Source: an uncultured Candidatus Melainabacteria bacterium (GTDB lineage Bacteria > Cyanobacteriota > Vampirovibrionia > Gastranaerophilales > Gastranaerophilaceae). Taken from it: DNA of 64,000 nt. The notes beneath the pieces are model-generated. The model was not told the origin of the DNA. It was given only the letters and a program-made list of their open reading frames with translations, and did no database searches. The number at the start of each line of letters is the position of its first letter. Position 1 is the first letter of the stretch. The stretch covers positions 51,727 to 115,726 of the forward strand of contig CAKVIE010000003.1 of NCBI GenBank assembly GCA_934754505.1, read 5' to 3'. A program made the position numbers and the translations under genes. This document shows positions 46,240-57,193 of the stretch, piece after piece.

Positions 46240-47403
46240 ATGATTATTCCCGAAAATCCTTATATTTCAGAGTTTTTGATAAAAAGTGCGGAAGTTTTTC
46301 AAATTCCGATTTTGAAAACGCATGCCTTGATTGAGCATGACCTTTCTAAATACAATTTAAAATTGTTGAGTGAAAAAGAAGCTATTGATTACGTTTCGCA
46401 ATACGAAAATCTTTTGATATATTCAAACTCCGAAAGTTCTTTAGACTGGATAAATGCAAACCTCAAAAAGTTACAGGCTGTCGGTTTTATAAATTTGTTT
46501 AAAAATAAATTCAAATTCCGAGAGCTTTTACAGTCTGTTTATCCGAATTTCTATTTTAAAAAAGTATCATATAAGGGTTTATTCGATTTGAAAATTTCCG
46601 AACTGCCAAAAGAATTTGTAATCAAGCCTGCTGTCGGATTTTTGAGTTTGGGGGTTCATTCGGTTTATGACAAAACACAATGGAATGAAACTCTTGAAAA
46701 AATCAAAGCTGAAATTGGTATTTTGGATACAGAATATTCGGATTCCGTTGTCAATTCATCGGATTTTATAATTGAAGAAATGATTAAGGGTGAAGAATTT
46801 GCTGTCGATGTATATTTTAATAATGTCGGAAAACCCGTTGTTTTGAACATTTTTCATCATCCTTTCCGTGATGAAAATGATGTTTCCGATAGAATTTATT
46901 TAACTTCTGCTCAAATAATTAAGGAAAATTTAACCGAAGTTCAAAATATTTTGTCAAAAATCGGAAAACAAGTTAATCTTAAAAACTTCCCGATGCATAT
47001 TGAATTTAGAAAAAGAAATGACGGTATAATTATTCCGATAGAGGTAAATCCGCTGCGTTTCGCAGGCTGGTGTACAACTGATGTCGCTAAATATGCCTAC
47101 GACATAAATGTTTATGAGTATTATTTTGAGCAAAAAGAACCTGATTGGGATTATATTTTCAGTAAAAACGATAAATCAATCTGTTATTTTTCAATGGCGG
47201 AAGTGCCGTCTAATATTGATAAAAAACAAATAAAATCCTTTGATTACGAGCATTTTTGTAAAAATTATTCAAATATTCTTGAATTGAGAAAAGTTGATTT
47301 TTCTTGTAACCCTGTATTTGCAGTTATTTTTGGCAAAACTGACAATCAAAATGAAATATCAAATATATTGAAATTAAAAACGGCTGATTTTATTGAATTA
47401 TAG
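46240..47403 (+). CDS. ATP-grasp domain protein
   Basis: GAGGAG SD lies 7 nt upstream of the ATG at 46240. FVIKPAVGFLSLGV, IIEEMIKGEEFAVDVYF and IEVNPLRFAG motifs. Confidence 0.7.
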   Translation: MIIPENPYISEFLIKSAEVFQIPILKTHALIEHDLSKYNLKLLSEKEAIDYVSQYENLLIYSNSESSLDWINANLKKLQAVGFINLFKNKFKFRELLQSVYPNFYFKKVSYKGLFDLKISELPKEFVIKPAVGFLSLGVHSVYDKTQWNETLEKIKAEIGILDTEYSDSVVNSSDFIIEEMIKGEEFAVDVYFNNVGKPVVLNIFHHPFRDENDVSDRIYLTSAQIIKENLTEVQNILSKIGKQVNLKNFPMHIEFRKRNDGIIIPIEVNPLRFAGWCTTDVAKYAYDINVYEYYFEQKEPDWDYIFSKNDKSICYFSMAEVPSNIDKKQIKSFDYEHFCKNYSNILELRKVDFSCNPVFAVIFGKTDNQNEISNILKLKTADFIEL

Positions 47404-47404
47404 G

Positions 47405-48136
47405 TTACTCTTTTTCCTTTTTCTTCTTCTTTGGTGCACCTTCGGGCAAAAGTCTGTAACCGCCGCCGTAAATAGTTTCTATATATTCTTTGTCGCCTGA
47501 TATTTTATCGAGTTTCGTTCTTATATGACGGATATGAACTCTTATTGTTTCAACGTCGTCATCGGGGTTATATCCCCAAATATCCGTCAAAATTTTTGCT
47601 CCTGAAACCATGTTTCCATAATTCTGCATTAACAAGTTTATGATATCAAATTCTATCGGGGTAACTTTTGCAACTTTATCTTTGATTTTGACCGAATATG
47701 TTTCAGGCAGAAGAGTTATGTCCCCTGCTTGCAAAATTTCTCTGACAGCTGCTGATTCCGGGATTTTATCCGTTCTCTTTAACAATGCTCGTACTCGAAC
47801 TTTTAATTCCTCAATTTCAAAAGGTTTTACAAGATAATCATCAACTCCGATATCAAAGCCTTTAACCTTGTCATCAAGCATTCCGAGGGCTGTAAGCATT
47901 ATAATCGGAGTTTCTTTAATATCTGCATTTTCTCTGATTCTTTTTGCAACCGTGTAACCGTCAACATCGGGCATCATTACGTCAAGAATTATTAAATCCG
48001 GCTGTTCTTGCTTTGCTGTCGCAAATCCCGTGATTCCGTCTTTTGCAGAAATAACATTGTATCCTGCAAGCTCCAGATTTATCGTTACAAGTTGGTTTAC
48101 TGCTTCATCATCGTCAATAACAAGTATTTTAGCCAT
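47405..48136 (-). CDS. OmpR-family response regulator (RpaB-like), Lys-rich C-terminal tail
   Basis: Receiver motifs VIDDDE, ILDVMMPDVDG, MLTALG and VKPF. Winged-helix C-terminus ending YGGGYRLL, then PKKKKKEKE. Confidence 0.9.
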   Translation of the reverse strand: MAKILVIDDDEAVNQLVTINLELAGYNVISAKDGITGFATAKQEQPDLIILDVMMPDVDGYTVAKRIRENADIKETPIIMLTALGMLDDKVKGFDIGVDDYLVKPFEIEELKVRVRALLKRTDKIPESAAVREILQAGDITLLPETYSVKIKDKVAKVTPIEFDIINLLMQNYGNMVSGAKILTDIWGYNPDDDVETIRVHIRHIRTKLDKISGDKEYIETIYGGGYRLLPEGAPKKKKKEKE

Positions 48137-48139
48137 GAT

Positions 48140-49117
48140 TTACTCTTTCTGATTTTTGTTTTGTAATGAATTTATATTCTTTATAACCTTTTTTACGACT
48201 TCTGTCGAGGAAAAATTATTTACAACGGTTTTTCTTGCATTTAAACCTATTGCCCAAGACAAAGACGGGTTTTTTAAATAAAATTCTGTTTTATCAATCA
48301 AATCTGTTGAATTTTTGTAGGTTTCAAGGTTATGTCCTATATCAAAATATTTTTTGATAGCAGTTGTTTCTTCTGCTATTGTAAAGCCTGATGCAGCTGA
48401 AATTTCTAAAATTCTGTAATCAATACCGTGCGGCGATTTAGTCACCGGAACAATGTTTACAACACTTGAGGAAAAAACTTTTGCTCTTTCTGCTTCGCTT
48501 CTGATTTCACCTTTGTAGGAATTTCTGTATAAATTTTTTATTTCTCCGTCTGGAATTTCGTCCCAAAGTTCATTTTCAAGGCTGTTTACATAATCTACTT
48601 CATCTGCATAAATTGAAATTTTTCCGAAATACGATATTAAATCTGTTATAGTCTTTAAAACGTTGATGTTATCAGGGTTTGACATAATTGTAATACCTGA
48701 ATTATACTCTGTAAATCTTACCCCGTAATTTTTGAAATTTATTCCGCTTGAAAGATATTTTGCCCCTGTAATATGCTTTACATCTTTCATATCCGTTGTA
48801 TAAATTAATTTTTTTCCTTTAAAATTGTATAGCAAATCAAGAGGGTCGTTTTTTAAGTCTATATTTGTTAAAAAATCAAAAATAAACACACAGTTGGGAT
48901 TTTTTTCTAAAACAAAATCCAAAATACCGTCTTTCAATTCGTTGAAATTAAAACACATTACGATATTGGGGTTGAAATCTAAAAGTTCTGCTTTATCAAG
49001 TTCGGAAGAGTAAGTGTATTCCGCATATAAACCTGAATATCGAAAGCCTTGTACAAAGCTCTTTGCACATAGGCTGTATGGGATTGTATCCGGTAAAATT
49101 ACATAGACTTTTTGCAT
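48140..49117 (-). CDS. CgeB-like glycosyltransferase-family protein (Glyco_trans_1_2-type C-terminus)
   Basis: The C-terminal segment RILEISAASGFTIAEE..YF..LETYKNSTDLIDKTEFYLKNP resembles PF13524-type domains (from memory). Confidence 0.45.
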   Translation of the reverse strand: MQKVYVILPDTIPYSLCAKSFVQGFRYSGLYAEYTYSSELDKAELLDFNPNIVMCFNFNELKDGILDFVLEKNPNCVFIFDFLTNIDLKNDPLDLLYNFKGKKLIYTTDMKDVKHITGAKYLSSGINFKNYGVRFTEYNSGITIMSNPDNINVLKTITDLISYFGKISIYADEVDYVNSLENELWDEIPDGEIKNLYRNSYKGEIRSEAERAKVFSSSVVNIVPVTKSPHGIDYRILEISAASGFTIAEETTAIKKYFDIGHNLETYKNSTDLIDKTEFYLKNPSLSWAIGLNARKTVVNNFSSTEVVKKVIKNINSLQNKNQKE

Positions 49118-49127
49118 AAAATAACCT

Positions 49128-49158
49128 AATTAAAATGCCGCTCTTTTACAAGCGGCAT
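49128..49158 (-). terminator. rpsP terminator
   Basis: atgccgct (49135-49142) pairs with agcggcat (49151-49158). T-rich tract follows on the minus strand. Confidence 0.65.
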
Positions 49159-49179
49159 GTATATCTGAATGAAAAATCG

Positions 49180-49527
49180 TTATGCTTGAGCTTCATTTGC
49201 AGCAGCTTCTTCAGCAGCTTTCTTTTCAGCTTCAGCCTTTGCCATAGCCTTCTTAGATAATTTTTCTTTTGTTGAAGGTTTGTAGTTCAAAGTACCGTCT
49301 TCATTTGCATTGTTGATTAAATACTTAACTGTATCAGTCGGTTGTGCACCTTTTGAAATCCATTCGAGTGCTGACTGTTTGTCAAGTTTCATTTCTTTTG
49401 TTTTCGGATTGTAGTGACCCAATTGTTGGATTGCTGCACCGTCACGTTTTGTTGTTGCATTGATTACGATAATTCTGTATAACGGATTTTTCTTATAACC
49501 CATTCTTTTAAGTTTAATTTTAACCAT
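49180..49527 (-). CDS. rpsP: 30S ribosomal protein S16 with an Ala/Lys/Glu-rich C-terminal extension
   Basis: MVKIKLKRMGYKKNPLYRIIV. Confidence 0.95.
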   Translation of the reverse strand: MVKIKLKRMGYKKNPLYRIIVINATTKRDGAAIQQLGHYNPKTKEMKLDKQSALEWISKGAQPTDTVKYLINNANEDGTLNYKPSTKEKLSKKAMAKAEAEKKAAEEAAANEAQA

Positions 49528-49792
49528 TTGGTTAGTTCTCCTTGTTTTTACTGTAACGATTAAGAGATTTTGATAATACTTGACAATTATCGGATTTAAT
49601 CCAATCTCTTTTTCAAAAGCATGCTGCCTTTGAGCCGCGAACGGTTAATTTGAGGAATTTAACCGCCAGTACCTAAATTTAAACACAAGAATATTTTTAA
49701 ATCAATAAATTTTACTCAATCGGGTAAAATTTATGTAAACATTAATAAAAATATCTTTATTTATGTTATTATAATATTCAAAGGGACAAAGT

Positions 49793-50317
49793 ATGAACGT
49801 TGATTTTGACATTAAGAAAATCAAAATGATTATTAGTGATTTTGATGGAGTTTTTACTGACGGCACAGGTTATGTTAATGCCGATGGTGAAGTTTCCAAA
49901 AGAATACATTTTCACGATGTCATGGGTATAGCAATCGCTTTGAAATTCGGTTTGAAGGTTATAATCATTACAGGCGAAGCCTCCGGTGCGGTTGAATATT
50001 TGAATAAAAAATTTGATGAATTAGAAGTCTTTCAAGATGTTAAATACAAAATTCAGTGTGTAAAAGAACTTGCTGATAAATATCATTTAACTGCCGATGA
50101 AATTTTGTATATCGGTGATGATGTCAATGATGCGGATTCCTTGCTTTTTGCTGGTGTTAAAGTTACCGTTCCGAATGCAAATCCTTTGATAAAAAATATT
50201 GAAAATATTAAAATTACAAATAAAAAAGGCGGAGAAGGCGTTATTCGAGAAGTTATTGATGCCTTAACTTCATCTTTAACACAAGAAAAAATAATGTCGG
50301 GAGAGTTGTGTAAATGA
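49793..50317 (+). CDS. kdsC: KdsC-family HAD phosphatase (KDO 8-phosphate phosphatase-like)
   Basis: DFDGVFTDG and GDDVNDA HAD motifs. About 174 aa. Confidence 0.8.
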   Translation: MNVDFDIKKIKMIISDFDGVFTDGTGYVNADGEVSKRIHFHDVMGIAIALKFGLKVIIITGEASGAVEYLNKKFDELEVFQDVKYKIQCVKELADKYHLTADEILYIGDDVNDADSLLFAGVKVTVPNANPLIKNIENIKITNKKGGEGVIREVIDALTSSLTQEKIMSGELCK

Positions 50318-52026
50318 GCAGATTCTTAAAAATTGTAGCAGCAAAAGTCAGACAGTTTGAAAATTTACTTAACGAATATGTGAACGGAAGTAAAGGCTCA
50401 GCCCAAATTCCATATCTTGCTTATGTAAATTGGGGAATTAATTTGTCTAATGATGAAGATTTGGACAAAGCTCTTGAAAAACTTGAAACATCTGCTTTAA
50501 TGCAGCCTAATTCCGCGATTGTTCAAATGAATTTGGGCAAAATTTACATGAAAAAGGGCTTGTATAACCAAGCCGTTGAAAAATTCAAAAAGACAATCCG
50601 ACTTGATAACAGAAGCGGTTGTGCGTATTCACTTGCTGCGGCATGTTTGATTTTGAAAGATGAATTTAAAGAGGCTGAAAGTTTCTACAAAAAAGGCTGT
50701 CAAATTGCTCCGACTGATTCGGAAGTTCATACAAATTATGCGACAGCTCTTGCAAGAAAAGGTAAAAAATTTAAAGCTCTCGAAGTTTATAAGGCAGCTC
50801 TGAAAATTAATCCTAATGATTTTCTTGCTTTGCATTGCTCGGGAGTAATCCTTTGCAATCTCGGCAAATATGATGAAGCTCTTGAAAAATTAAACGAGGC
50901 TTTAAAACTTCAGCACGAAAACCCTGATACGCTTTTATATGTTGCTATTTGCAAATATAAATCAGATTTGTTTGAAGAAGCCCTTGCAGATGTCGAACAT
51001 TCTCTTTCTATCAGAATGAATTATTCCGACGGAATGATGATAAAAGGTGTATGTCTTGCTAAATTGGGCAAAGAAGCCGAATGTTTGTCTTGTTTTGCTG
51101 CAAATGAAAAAGGAAACGAAACAAATTACCAATATTATACATATTGGGGAATTTCGCTTCAGACATTTGAACGTTATGCGGAAGCTAAAGAGAAGTTTTT
51201 ACAGGCTTTTGAACTTAATAGAGATGATGAGTTTACGATTTTCTATCTTGGTGAAAATTACATCAAGGAAGGAAATTTAACTGCGGCTTTGCAATTATTT
51301 TTGAAGGTTGTTGATTCAAATCCTAAAAATGCTGATGCTTACGAGAGATTGGGTGACATTTATTATCAAAAAAATAATTATAAGGAAGCTATTAATTCGT
51401 ACTTGAATGCAATTAAAAATTCGAGAAAACATCTCAAATTATACTATAACATTGCAAAGTGCTATTTTTATATGGACGAATTGAAAAATTCAGAGGCATA
51501 TTACATAAAAGCTATTGATTATAACCCGAATTTAATAGCAGCATATACAGGTTATGCAAATTTATTGATTTCAACCGGAAATACGAAAGAGGCACTTCGT
51601 AAAATCCGTGCCGCATCTAAAAAAGCTCCTGATTCGTTTGATGTTTTGAATATCTATTCAAGAGTGCTTGTAAAACTTGAAATGTATTCTGATGCAGTTG
51701 ATAAAATAGACAGATTGCTCGCAATAGACCCTGAATATTACGATGCAATTTATACAAAGGCAGAAGTATTAAATGCATTGAACAGGTCGCAAGAAGCTAT
51801 TGGTGCGTTGCAATCATTGCCTCAGGAATATCATGATACAAGAGATTATCTTTATATTATGATGAATTCTTACAAGCATCTTGCAGAACTTTCGCCCTCG
51901 CATTACAATATAAGTAAAGCAATAGAATATTGCGACCGTTTGACAAATAAATATTCGACGGAATATAAGTTGGACGATGTGAAAAATTCACTTGAAGAAA
52001 CATTAAGTAAAATTGAAGGTAAGTAA
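50314..52026 (+). CDS. TPR repeat protein
   Basis: ATGA overlap with kdsC. 570 aa of TPR units. Confidence 0.85.
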   Translation: MSRFLKIVAAKVRQFENLLNEYVNGSKGSAQIPYLAYVNWGINLSNDEDLDKALEKLETSALMQPNSAIVQMNLGKIYMKKGLYNQAVEKFKKTIRLDNRSGCAYSLAAACLILKDEFKEAESFYKKGCQIAPTDSEVHTNYATALARKGKKFKALEVYKAALKINPNDFLALHCSGVILCNLGKYDEALEKLNEALKLQHENPDTLLYVAICKYKSDLFEEALADVEHSLSIRMNYSDGMMIKGVCLAKLGKEAECLSCFAANEKGNETNYQYYTYWGISLQTFERYAEAKEKFLQAFELNRDDEFTIFYLGENYIKEGNLTAALQLFLKVVDSNPKNADAYERLGDIYYQKNNYKEAINSYLNAIKNSRKHLKLYYNIAKCYFYMDELKNSEAYYIKAIDYNPNLIAAYTGYANLLISTGNTKEALRKIRAASKKAPDSFDVLNIYSRVLVKLEMYSDAVDKIDRLLAIDPEYYDAIYTKAEVLNALNRSQEAIGALQSLPQEYHDTRDYLYIMMNSYKHLAELSPSHYNISKAIEYCDRLTNKYSTEYKLDDVKNSLEETLSKIEGK

Positions 52027-52028
52027 AA

Positions 52029-53297
52029 GTGGGAATAATAGTTCAAAAATTCGGCGGAACATCGGTTGCCGATCCGCAGAAAATACATAACGTCGCACGT
52101 GCGGCATTAAGAGAACAAAAAAACGGTAATCAAGTTGTTGTTGTTGTTTCTGCAATGGGACATACAACCGATTACCTCGTCAGCTTGGCAAAAGAAGTTA
52201 CAGAAACTCCGTCACCGAGAGAAATGGACATGCTTTTATCAACAGGTGAACAAGTTTCAATAGCACTTCTTGCTATGGCTATTCAGGCTGAAGGCGGAAA
52301 AGCTATCAGTATGAACGGTTCTCAAGTCGGTATCATTACTGAATCTGTTCACGGTACGGCAAGAATTTTAGATGTTAAGACCGATAAAATCGTTAAAAAC
52401 TTAAATGAAGGTAAAATTATTGTAATTGCAGGATTTCAAGGTATAACAACTGATTTTGAAATTACAACACTCGGCAGAGGCGGCAGTGATACTTCCGCAG
52501 TTGCGATTGCAGCAGCATTAAAGGCTGACAGATGTGATATTTACACAGATGTTGACGGTGTTTACACAGCGGACCCGAGAATTGTTCCGAAAGTTCAAAG
52601 ACTTAATCAAATCTCGTATGAAGAAATGCTTGAACTCGCAAGAGTCGGAGCAAATGTTCTTCATCCCCGTTCTGTTGAAACAGCAAAACAATGCCACGTT
52701 GCAATGAGAGTTAGAAGTTCGTTCAATTTGGACGATTTAGGCACATTAATCTTAGGAGTAGATGATATGGAAATTTATAAACCGGTCGCAGGTACAGCTG
52801 CTGACACTTCACAAGTTAGATTAGTTTTGACTCACGTTTCGGATACTCCGGGCTGTGCGGCAAAATTGTTCAGTAAACTTGCTGAAAAAAATATCAGTGT
52901 TGATATGATTATTCAATCTTTTGCAAGAAATCAAGGTACAAATGATATCGCTTTTACAGTTGATAAAAATGATAAAGATGCTGCTGTTAAGGTTTGCGAA
53001 GGTCTTAAATCTGAATTGCAAACAGGCGAAATCTTTGTTGATGAAGATATTGCAAAGGTTTCTATCGTTGGTGCGGGCATGGTTGACAGACCCGGTATTG
53101 CTGCTGCAATGTTCCGTTCTTTAGCAGAAGTAGGAATTAACATCAAAATGATTTCAACTTCTGAAATTAAAATCAGCTGTCTTGTTGATAAGGGGAATGA
53201 AAAACTTGCTATCAAGACATTATGTAAAGAATTCCATTTAGACAGTGAAGAAGAAGCTGTTGTCAACGGTACTTTGCCTCCGGGAGAAGAAAAATAA
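52029..53297 (+). CDS. lysC: aspartate kinase
   Basis: GTG start. VQKFGGTSV and tandem ACT domains. Confidence 0.93.
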   Translation: MGIIVQKFGGTSVADPQKIHNVARAALREQKNGNQVVVVVSAMGHTTDYLVSLAKEVTETPSPREMDMLLSTGEQVSIALLAMAIQAEGGKAISMNGSQVGIITESVHGTARILDVKTDKIVKNLNEGKIIVIAGFQGITTDFEITTLGRGGSDTSAVAIAAALKADRCDIYTDVDGVYTADPRIVPKVQRLNQISYEEMLELARVGANVLHPRSVETAKQCHVAMRVRSSFNLDDLGTLILGVDDMEIYKPVAGTAADTSQVRLVLTHVSDTPGCAAKLFSKLAEKNISVDMIIQSFARNQGTNDIAFTVDKNDKDAAVKVCEGLKSELQTGEIFVDEDIAKVSIVGAGMVDRPGIAAAMFRSLAEVGINIKMISTSEIKISCLVDKGNEKLAIKTLCKEFHLDSEEEAVVNGTLPPGEEK

Positions 53298-53315
53298 ATT
53301 TTAATTTTAAAGTTA

Positions 53316-53351
53316 TAAAAAAATCGGATATTTTAAATATCCGATTTTTTG
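53316..53351. terminator. bidirectional terminator between lysC and thrC
   Basis: atcggatat (53322-53330) pairs with atatccgat (53337-53345), flanked by A- and T-tracts. Confidence 0.75.
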
Positions 53352-53374
53352 TTTGCAATGTTAAATATTTTTTA

Positions 53375-54445
53375 TTATATATTCATTGCTTTTAAGATAT
53401 CAGTCATATCCGCACTTGTCTTTTTAACGTTAGCACCTGCGAATTTAATTGCGTTGTCAGGGTCTTTCAAGCCGTTACCGGTTAAGATACAAACGATTTT
53501 TGAACCTTCTTTTACAGATTTTGCTTTATTTGACTTAATTAAGCCCGCAACTGATGCTGCTGATGCAGGTTCGCAGAGAATGCCTTCAGTTGATGCGATT
53601 AATTTATATGCTTCAACGATTTCATCATCAGTTACGCTGCTAATAATTCCGCCTGATAAATCTCTTGCTCTTTCTGCTTGTTTCCAGCTTGCAGGGTTAC
53701 CGATTCTAATTGCAGTTGCAAGTGTTTCAGGGTGCATAATTCTTTCGCCCCGAACAATAGCGGCTGCTCCTTCTGCTTCAAATCCCATCATTTTCGGTAA
53801 ATGTGTCGATTTATTTATTGCGAGCCATTCTTCGTAACCTTTGAAGTATGCAGTGATGTTTCCTGCATTTCCAACAGGAATAAAGTGGTAATCAGGGGCA
53901 TCGCCTAATGCTTCGATAATTTCGAACGCACCTGATTTTTGTCCTTCAATTCTGTACGGGTTTAGTGAGTTTACAAGTGTTACAGAATATTTTTCTGAAA
54001 TTTCAACAACTCTTTCAAGTGCTTCATCGAAGTTGCCGTTGATAGCAATAATATTTGCACCGTACATCATAGCTTGAGAAAGTTTTCCGAGAGCGATGTA
54101 GCCGTCAGGGATAAGAACAAATGTATTCATTCCTGCTTTTGCACCGTATGCTGCAGCTGCTGCACTTGTGTTTCCCGTTGAAGCACAAATGATTGCATCT
54201 GAACCTGCTTCTGCTGCTTTTGAAACAGCCATTGTCATTCCTCTGTCTTTGAAACTTCCTGTCGGGTTTGAACCTTCAAATTTCAAATAGATTTCTGCAT
54301 CTAATCCGATTTTCTTTGCGAGGTTATCTGCTTTAATAAGCGGAGTATTACCTTCGTTCAAAGTGATTACGGGAGTTTTATCTGAAACAGGTAAATATTC
54401 TCTGTATTTGTTAATTAAACCTTGATAATGTTTGTCTGTACTCAT
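53375..54445 (-). CDS. thrC: threonine synthase
   Basis: PLP-lysine motif GSFKDRG. 356 aa. Confidence 0.95.
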   Translation of the reverse strand: MSTDKHYQGLINKYREYLPVSDKTPVITLNEGNTPLIKADNLAKKIGLDAEIYLKFEGSNPTGSFKDRGMTMAVSKAAEAGSDAIICASTGNTSAAAAAYGAKAGMNTFVLIPDGYIALGKLSQAMMYGANIIAINGNFDEALERVVEISEKYSVTLVNSLNPYRIEGQKSGAFEIIEALGDAPDYHFIPVGNAGNITAYFKGYEEWLAINKSTHLPKMMGFEAEGAAAIVRGERIMHPETLATAIRIGNPASWKQAERARDLSGGIISSVTDDEIVEAYKLIASTEGILCEPASAASVAGLIKSNKAKSVKEGSKIVCILTGNGLKDPDNAIKFAGANVKKTSADMTDILKAMNI

Positions 54446-54455
54446 TTTTTTATCC

Positions 54456-55733
54456 TTAATTCATTACTCTTATTAAATTATTTATTTTTACTATTGCTTG
54501 TGAATTTTCCATTTCTTTTAAGGCTTCTTTTACGTTGCTTTCTTTTGATAAAGCAGTGATGATAACAACTTCTGCCGAATGTTCTTCGGGATTTGAGCCT
54601 TTTTGCAAAATATCAGACAAGTTGATTTTATGATTTCCGCAAATAGTACCTATAACACCGATTGAGCCCGGGGTGTCTGCCGTTTGAAGTGAAATGTAAT
54701 AACGATTGAAGGTTTCTCCGATTTCGATTTTTTCAGCTTTTTCACTGTGATTGCAACGCATCATCGGCAAAGGATATGCAGTTCTTCTGACTTCTGACGA
54801 AAGTGCCAAAATATCTCCGACAACTGAACTTGCTGTCGGCATCTCTCCTGCTCCGGGGCCTGTAAACATAATTTCTCCGACCGGTTTTCCTGAGAGCATT
54901 ACTGCGTTTGTAACGTTGTTAATTTTTGCTAAAACGTGGTCATTCGGAACTAACATCGGGTGAACTCTGACATCAGCTCGTCCGTTTTCATCAAGTTTTG
55001 CAGATGCAATAAGTTTGATTTTGTAACCGAATTCGTTTGCAAAATTAATATCTCGGTCAGAAATTTTTGTAATTCCTTCACGATAAATACCGTCAATTTT
55101 AATTCTTTTATTAAAAGCAATGGTTGCAAGTGTTACAATTTTGTATGCAGCATCAAAGCCTTCAACATCTCCTGTCGGGTCAGCTTCGGCATAGCCCAAT
55201 TCTTGAGCTTCTTTTAATACTTTTTCGTATGAAGCTTTATCTTCGTCCATTTTTGTTAAAATATAGTTTGTTGTGCCGTTTAAAATTGCATCAATTTTTG
55301 TTATTTTATTTGCTCTTAAAATTGTTTTGACAGGCATAATAATCGGAATTCCGCCTGCTATTGCCGCTTCATACAAAATTACCGAATTTTTTTCTTTTGC
55401 AAGATGAAAAAGTTCTTCACCGTGTTTTGCAAGAAGTTCTTTATTTGCCGTAACAATATGTTTTCCGTTATTGATAGCTTTTTTTATAAGTGAAAGTGCG
55501 GGATTTACACCGCCCATAACTTCAACAACTATATCAATTTGGGGGTTATCGACGATTTCTTCGGGATTATCTGTAATAATTGATTCGTCGAGCCCTTCAA
55601 TGTTTCTTTTTTTATTAATATTTCGGACTGCTATTCCTACTATTTCGACAATGTCTGAAAAATTTTTTAATGTTTTTACAACACCGCCGCCAACTGTTCC
55701 GAGTCCTATCAATCCGATTTTTATTTTACTCAT
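54456..55733 (-). CDS. hom: homoserine dehydrogenase
   Basis: [11 protein letters not shown] Rossmann motif, catalytic domain and C-terminal ACT domain. Confidence 0.95.
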   Translation of the reverse strand: MSKIKIGLIGLGTVGGGVVKTLKNFSDIVEIVGIAVRNINKKRNIEGLDESIITDNPEEIVDNPQIDIVVEVMGGVNPALSLIKKAINNGKHIVTANKELLAKHGEELFHLAKEKNSVILYEAAIAGGIPIIMPVKTILRANKITKIDAILNGTTNYILTKMDEDKASYEKVLKEAQELGYAEADPTGDVEGFDAAYKIVTLATIAFNKRIKIDGIYREGITKISDRDINFANEFGYKIKLIASAKLDENGRADVRVHPMLVPNDHVLAKINNVTNAVMLSGKPVGEIMFTGPGAGEMPTASSVVGDILALSSEVRRTAYPLPMMRCNHSEKAEKIEIGETFNRYYISLQTADTPGSIGVIGTICGNHKINLSDILQKGSNPEEHSAEVVIITALSKESNVKEALKEMENSQAIVKINNLIRVMN

Positions 55734-55851
55734 CTTTAATCCTCATAAAGTTCACTATTATTTATTAAAGCACAAATAAACTTATTGTAACATTCAAGTT
55801 GAAAATATTTTGCTGTTTTTGTAAAATTAGGTTTGTAAGAGGATATTGTTA

Positions 55852-57186
55852 ATGAAAATTGTCATATACGGTGCTAACAGCAGAGCTTGGCTTATTGCCA
55901 CATCTCTATTTGAAGACCACGATGTAGTTATTATCGACAAAAATATTGCTAATGATTTTAATAAACTTGATATTGAAGTTATCGAAGGCAATGCAGCTGA
56001 TATCAAAACGATAAATGATTATCACCTTGATGAATGTGATGTTTTTATCGCCTGTACCGACTCTGATGAAGCTAATATCGTATCCTGTATCGTTATGAAA
56101 TCGCTTTCTTCTGCACGAACAGTATGTTTTATAAGCAACATTGAATATTACAACACGATTACGACTGTGAAAATTTCAAATTTCAGAAAAGATTTATTCG
56201 CTGATTATATTATTCGTCCGGAAGAGCTTTTAACACAGGAATTATTTAGAATTATAACCGTTCCGAGTGCTACACACGTTGAAAATTTTGCAAAAGGCAA
56301 GGCAAGACTTTTAGAATATCCGATTAAAGAAAATTCTCCAATTAAAAATAAAAAATTGAAAGAATGCAAATTCCCCAACGAAACACTTATTGTCGGTATA
56401 ACAAGAAACGGTGAATTGTTTATCCCAAATGGTGATTCAGAGCTTTTGCAAGGTGATAAAGTTATTTTTATGGGTACGGTAAAATCTCTTGATTTTCTTG
56501 CCGCAAAAGTTTTTAGAGAAGTTACTAAAATAAATTCTGTTGTAATAGTCGGGGGCGGTACTGTCGGTTTAATGCTTGCGGAATGCCTTGAACAAGCCGA
56601 TATCGATTGTAAAATCTTTGAAAAAAATTACGAACGATGTGAATATATTTCGACAATTTTGACGAAATCACTTGTTATAAACGGTGATGGAACGGATAGT
56701 TCTCTGCTTTTGAACGAACAAGCTGAAGATGCAGACGTTTTGATTAGTGTTACCGATAATGATGAAAAGAACCTTTTATGTTCTCTTCTTGCAAAGCAGG
56801 CGGGTGTTAAGAAAGTTATTTCGAGAGTGTCAAAAGGTACAAATGTTTTGCTTTTTGAAAAAGTAGGAATAGATGTTGCAGTTTCTCCAAATGATGCGGC
56901 CATGCACGAAATTTACAATCATTTGATTCAGCCTGATATTTCGATTTTGGCAACGGTTGAACGTGGTCAGGGCGAAGTTATTGAAATTCTTTTGTCGAAA
57001 GATTTTCATAAACGAAAAATTATGGATTTAAAACTCCCGTCAAAGGCTATTATCGGAGTTATTGAAAGGGATAATCATATTATCATTCCGAAAGGTGATA
57101 CAGAAGTTTATCCTGCCGATAATTTAATTATTTTCACAAAGGAAGAAACTTCTCAAATAATTAAAAAATATTTGGCGAATTGTTAG
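55852..57186 (+). CDS. trkA: Trk potassium uptake protein TrkA
   Basis: ATG at 55852 with AAGAGGA SD. Two RCK/NAD-binding modules (second has GGGTVG). Confidence 0.9.
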   Translation: MKIVIYGANSRAWLIATSLFEDHDVVIIDKNIANDFNKLDIEVIEGNAADIKTINDYHLDECDVFIACTDSDEANIVSCIVMKSLSSARTVCFISNIEYYNTITTVKISNFRKDLFADYIIRPEELLTQELFRIITVPSATHVENFAKGKARLLEYPIKENSPIKNKKLKECKFPNETLIVGITRNGELFIPNGDSELLQGDKVIFMGTVKSLDFLAAKVFREVTKINSVVIVGGGTVGLMLAECLEQADIDCKIFEKNYERCEYISTILTKSLVINGDGTDSSLLLNEQAEDADVLISVTDNDEKNLLCSLLAKQAGVKKVISRVSKGTNVLLFEKVGIDVAVSPNDAAMHEIYNHLIQPDISILATVERGQGEVIEILLSKDFHKRKIMDLKLPSKAIIGVIERDNHIIIPKGDTEVYPADNLIIFTKEETSQIIKKYLANC

Positions 57187-57193
57187 GTGATTT

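Noticed and set aside
49528-49792. Possible leader or attenuator hairpin (CGGTTAA..TTAACCG, about 49641-49664) upstream of rpsP
   Set aside because: It is a short 7-bp stem with no recognisable ribosomal-protein leader features. The evidence is insufficient.
53349-53837. 162-aa plus-strand ORF antisense to thrC, and similar antisense ORFs (for example 588-1064, 1743-2153, 11410-11934, 12084-12587, 20147-20653, 40783-41223, 52931-53266)
   Set aside because: Each lies fully inside a confidently identified gene on the other strand. They give low-complexity or hydrophobic junk peptides and have no SD.
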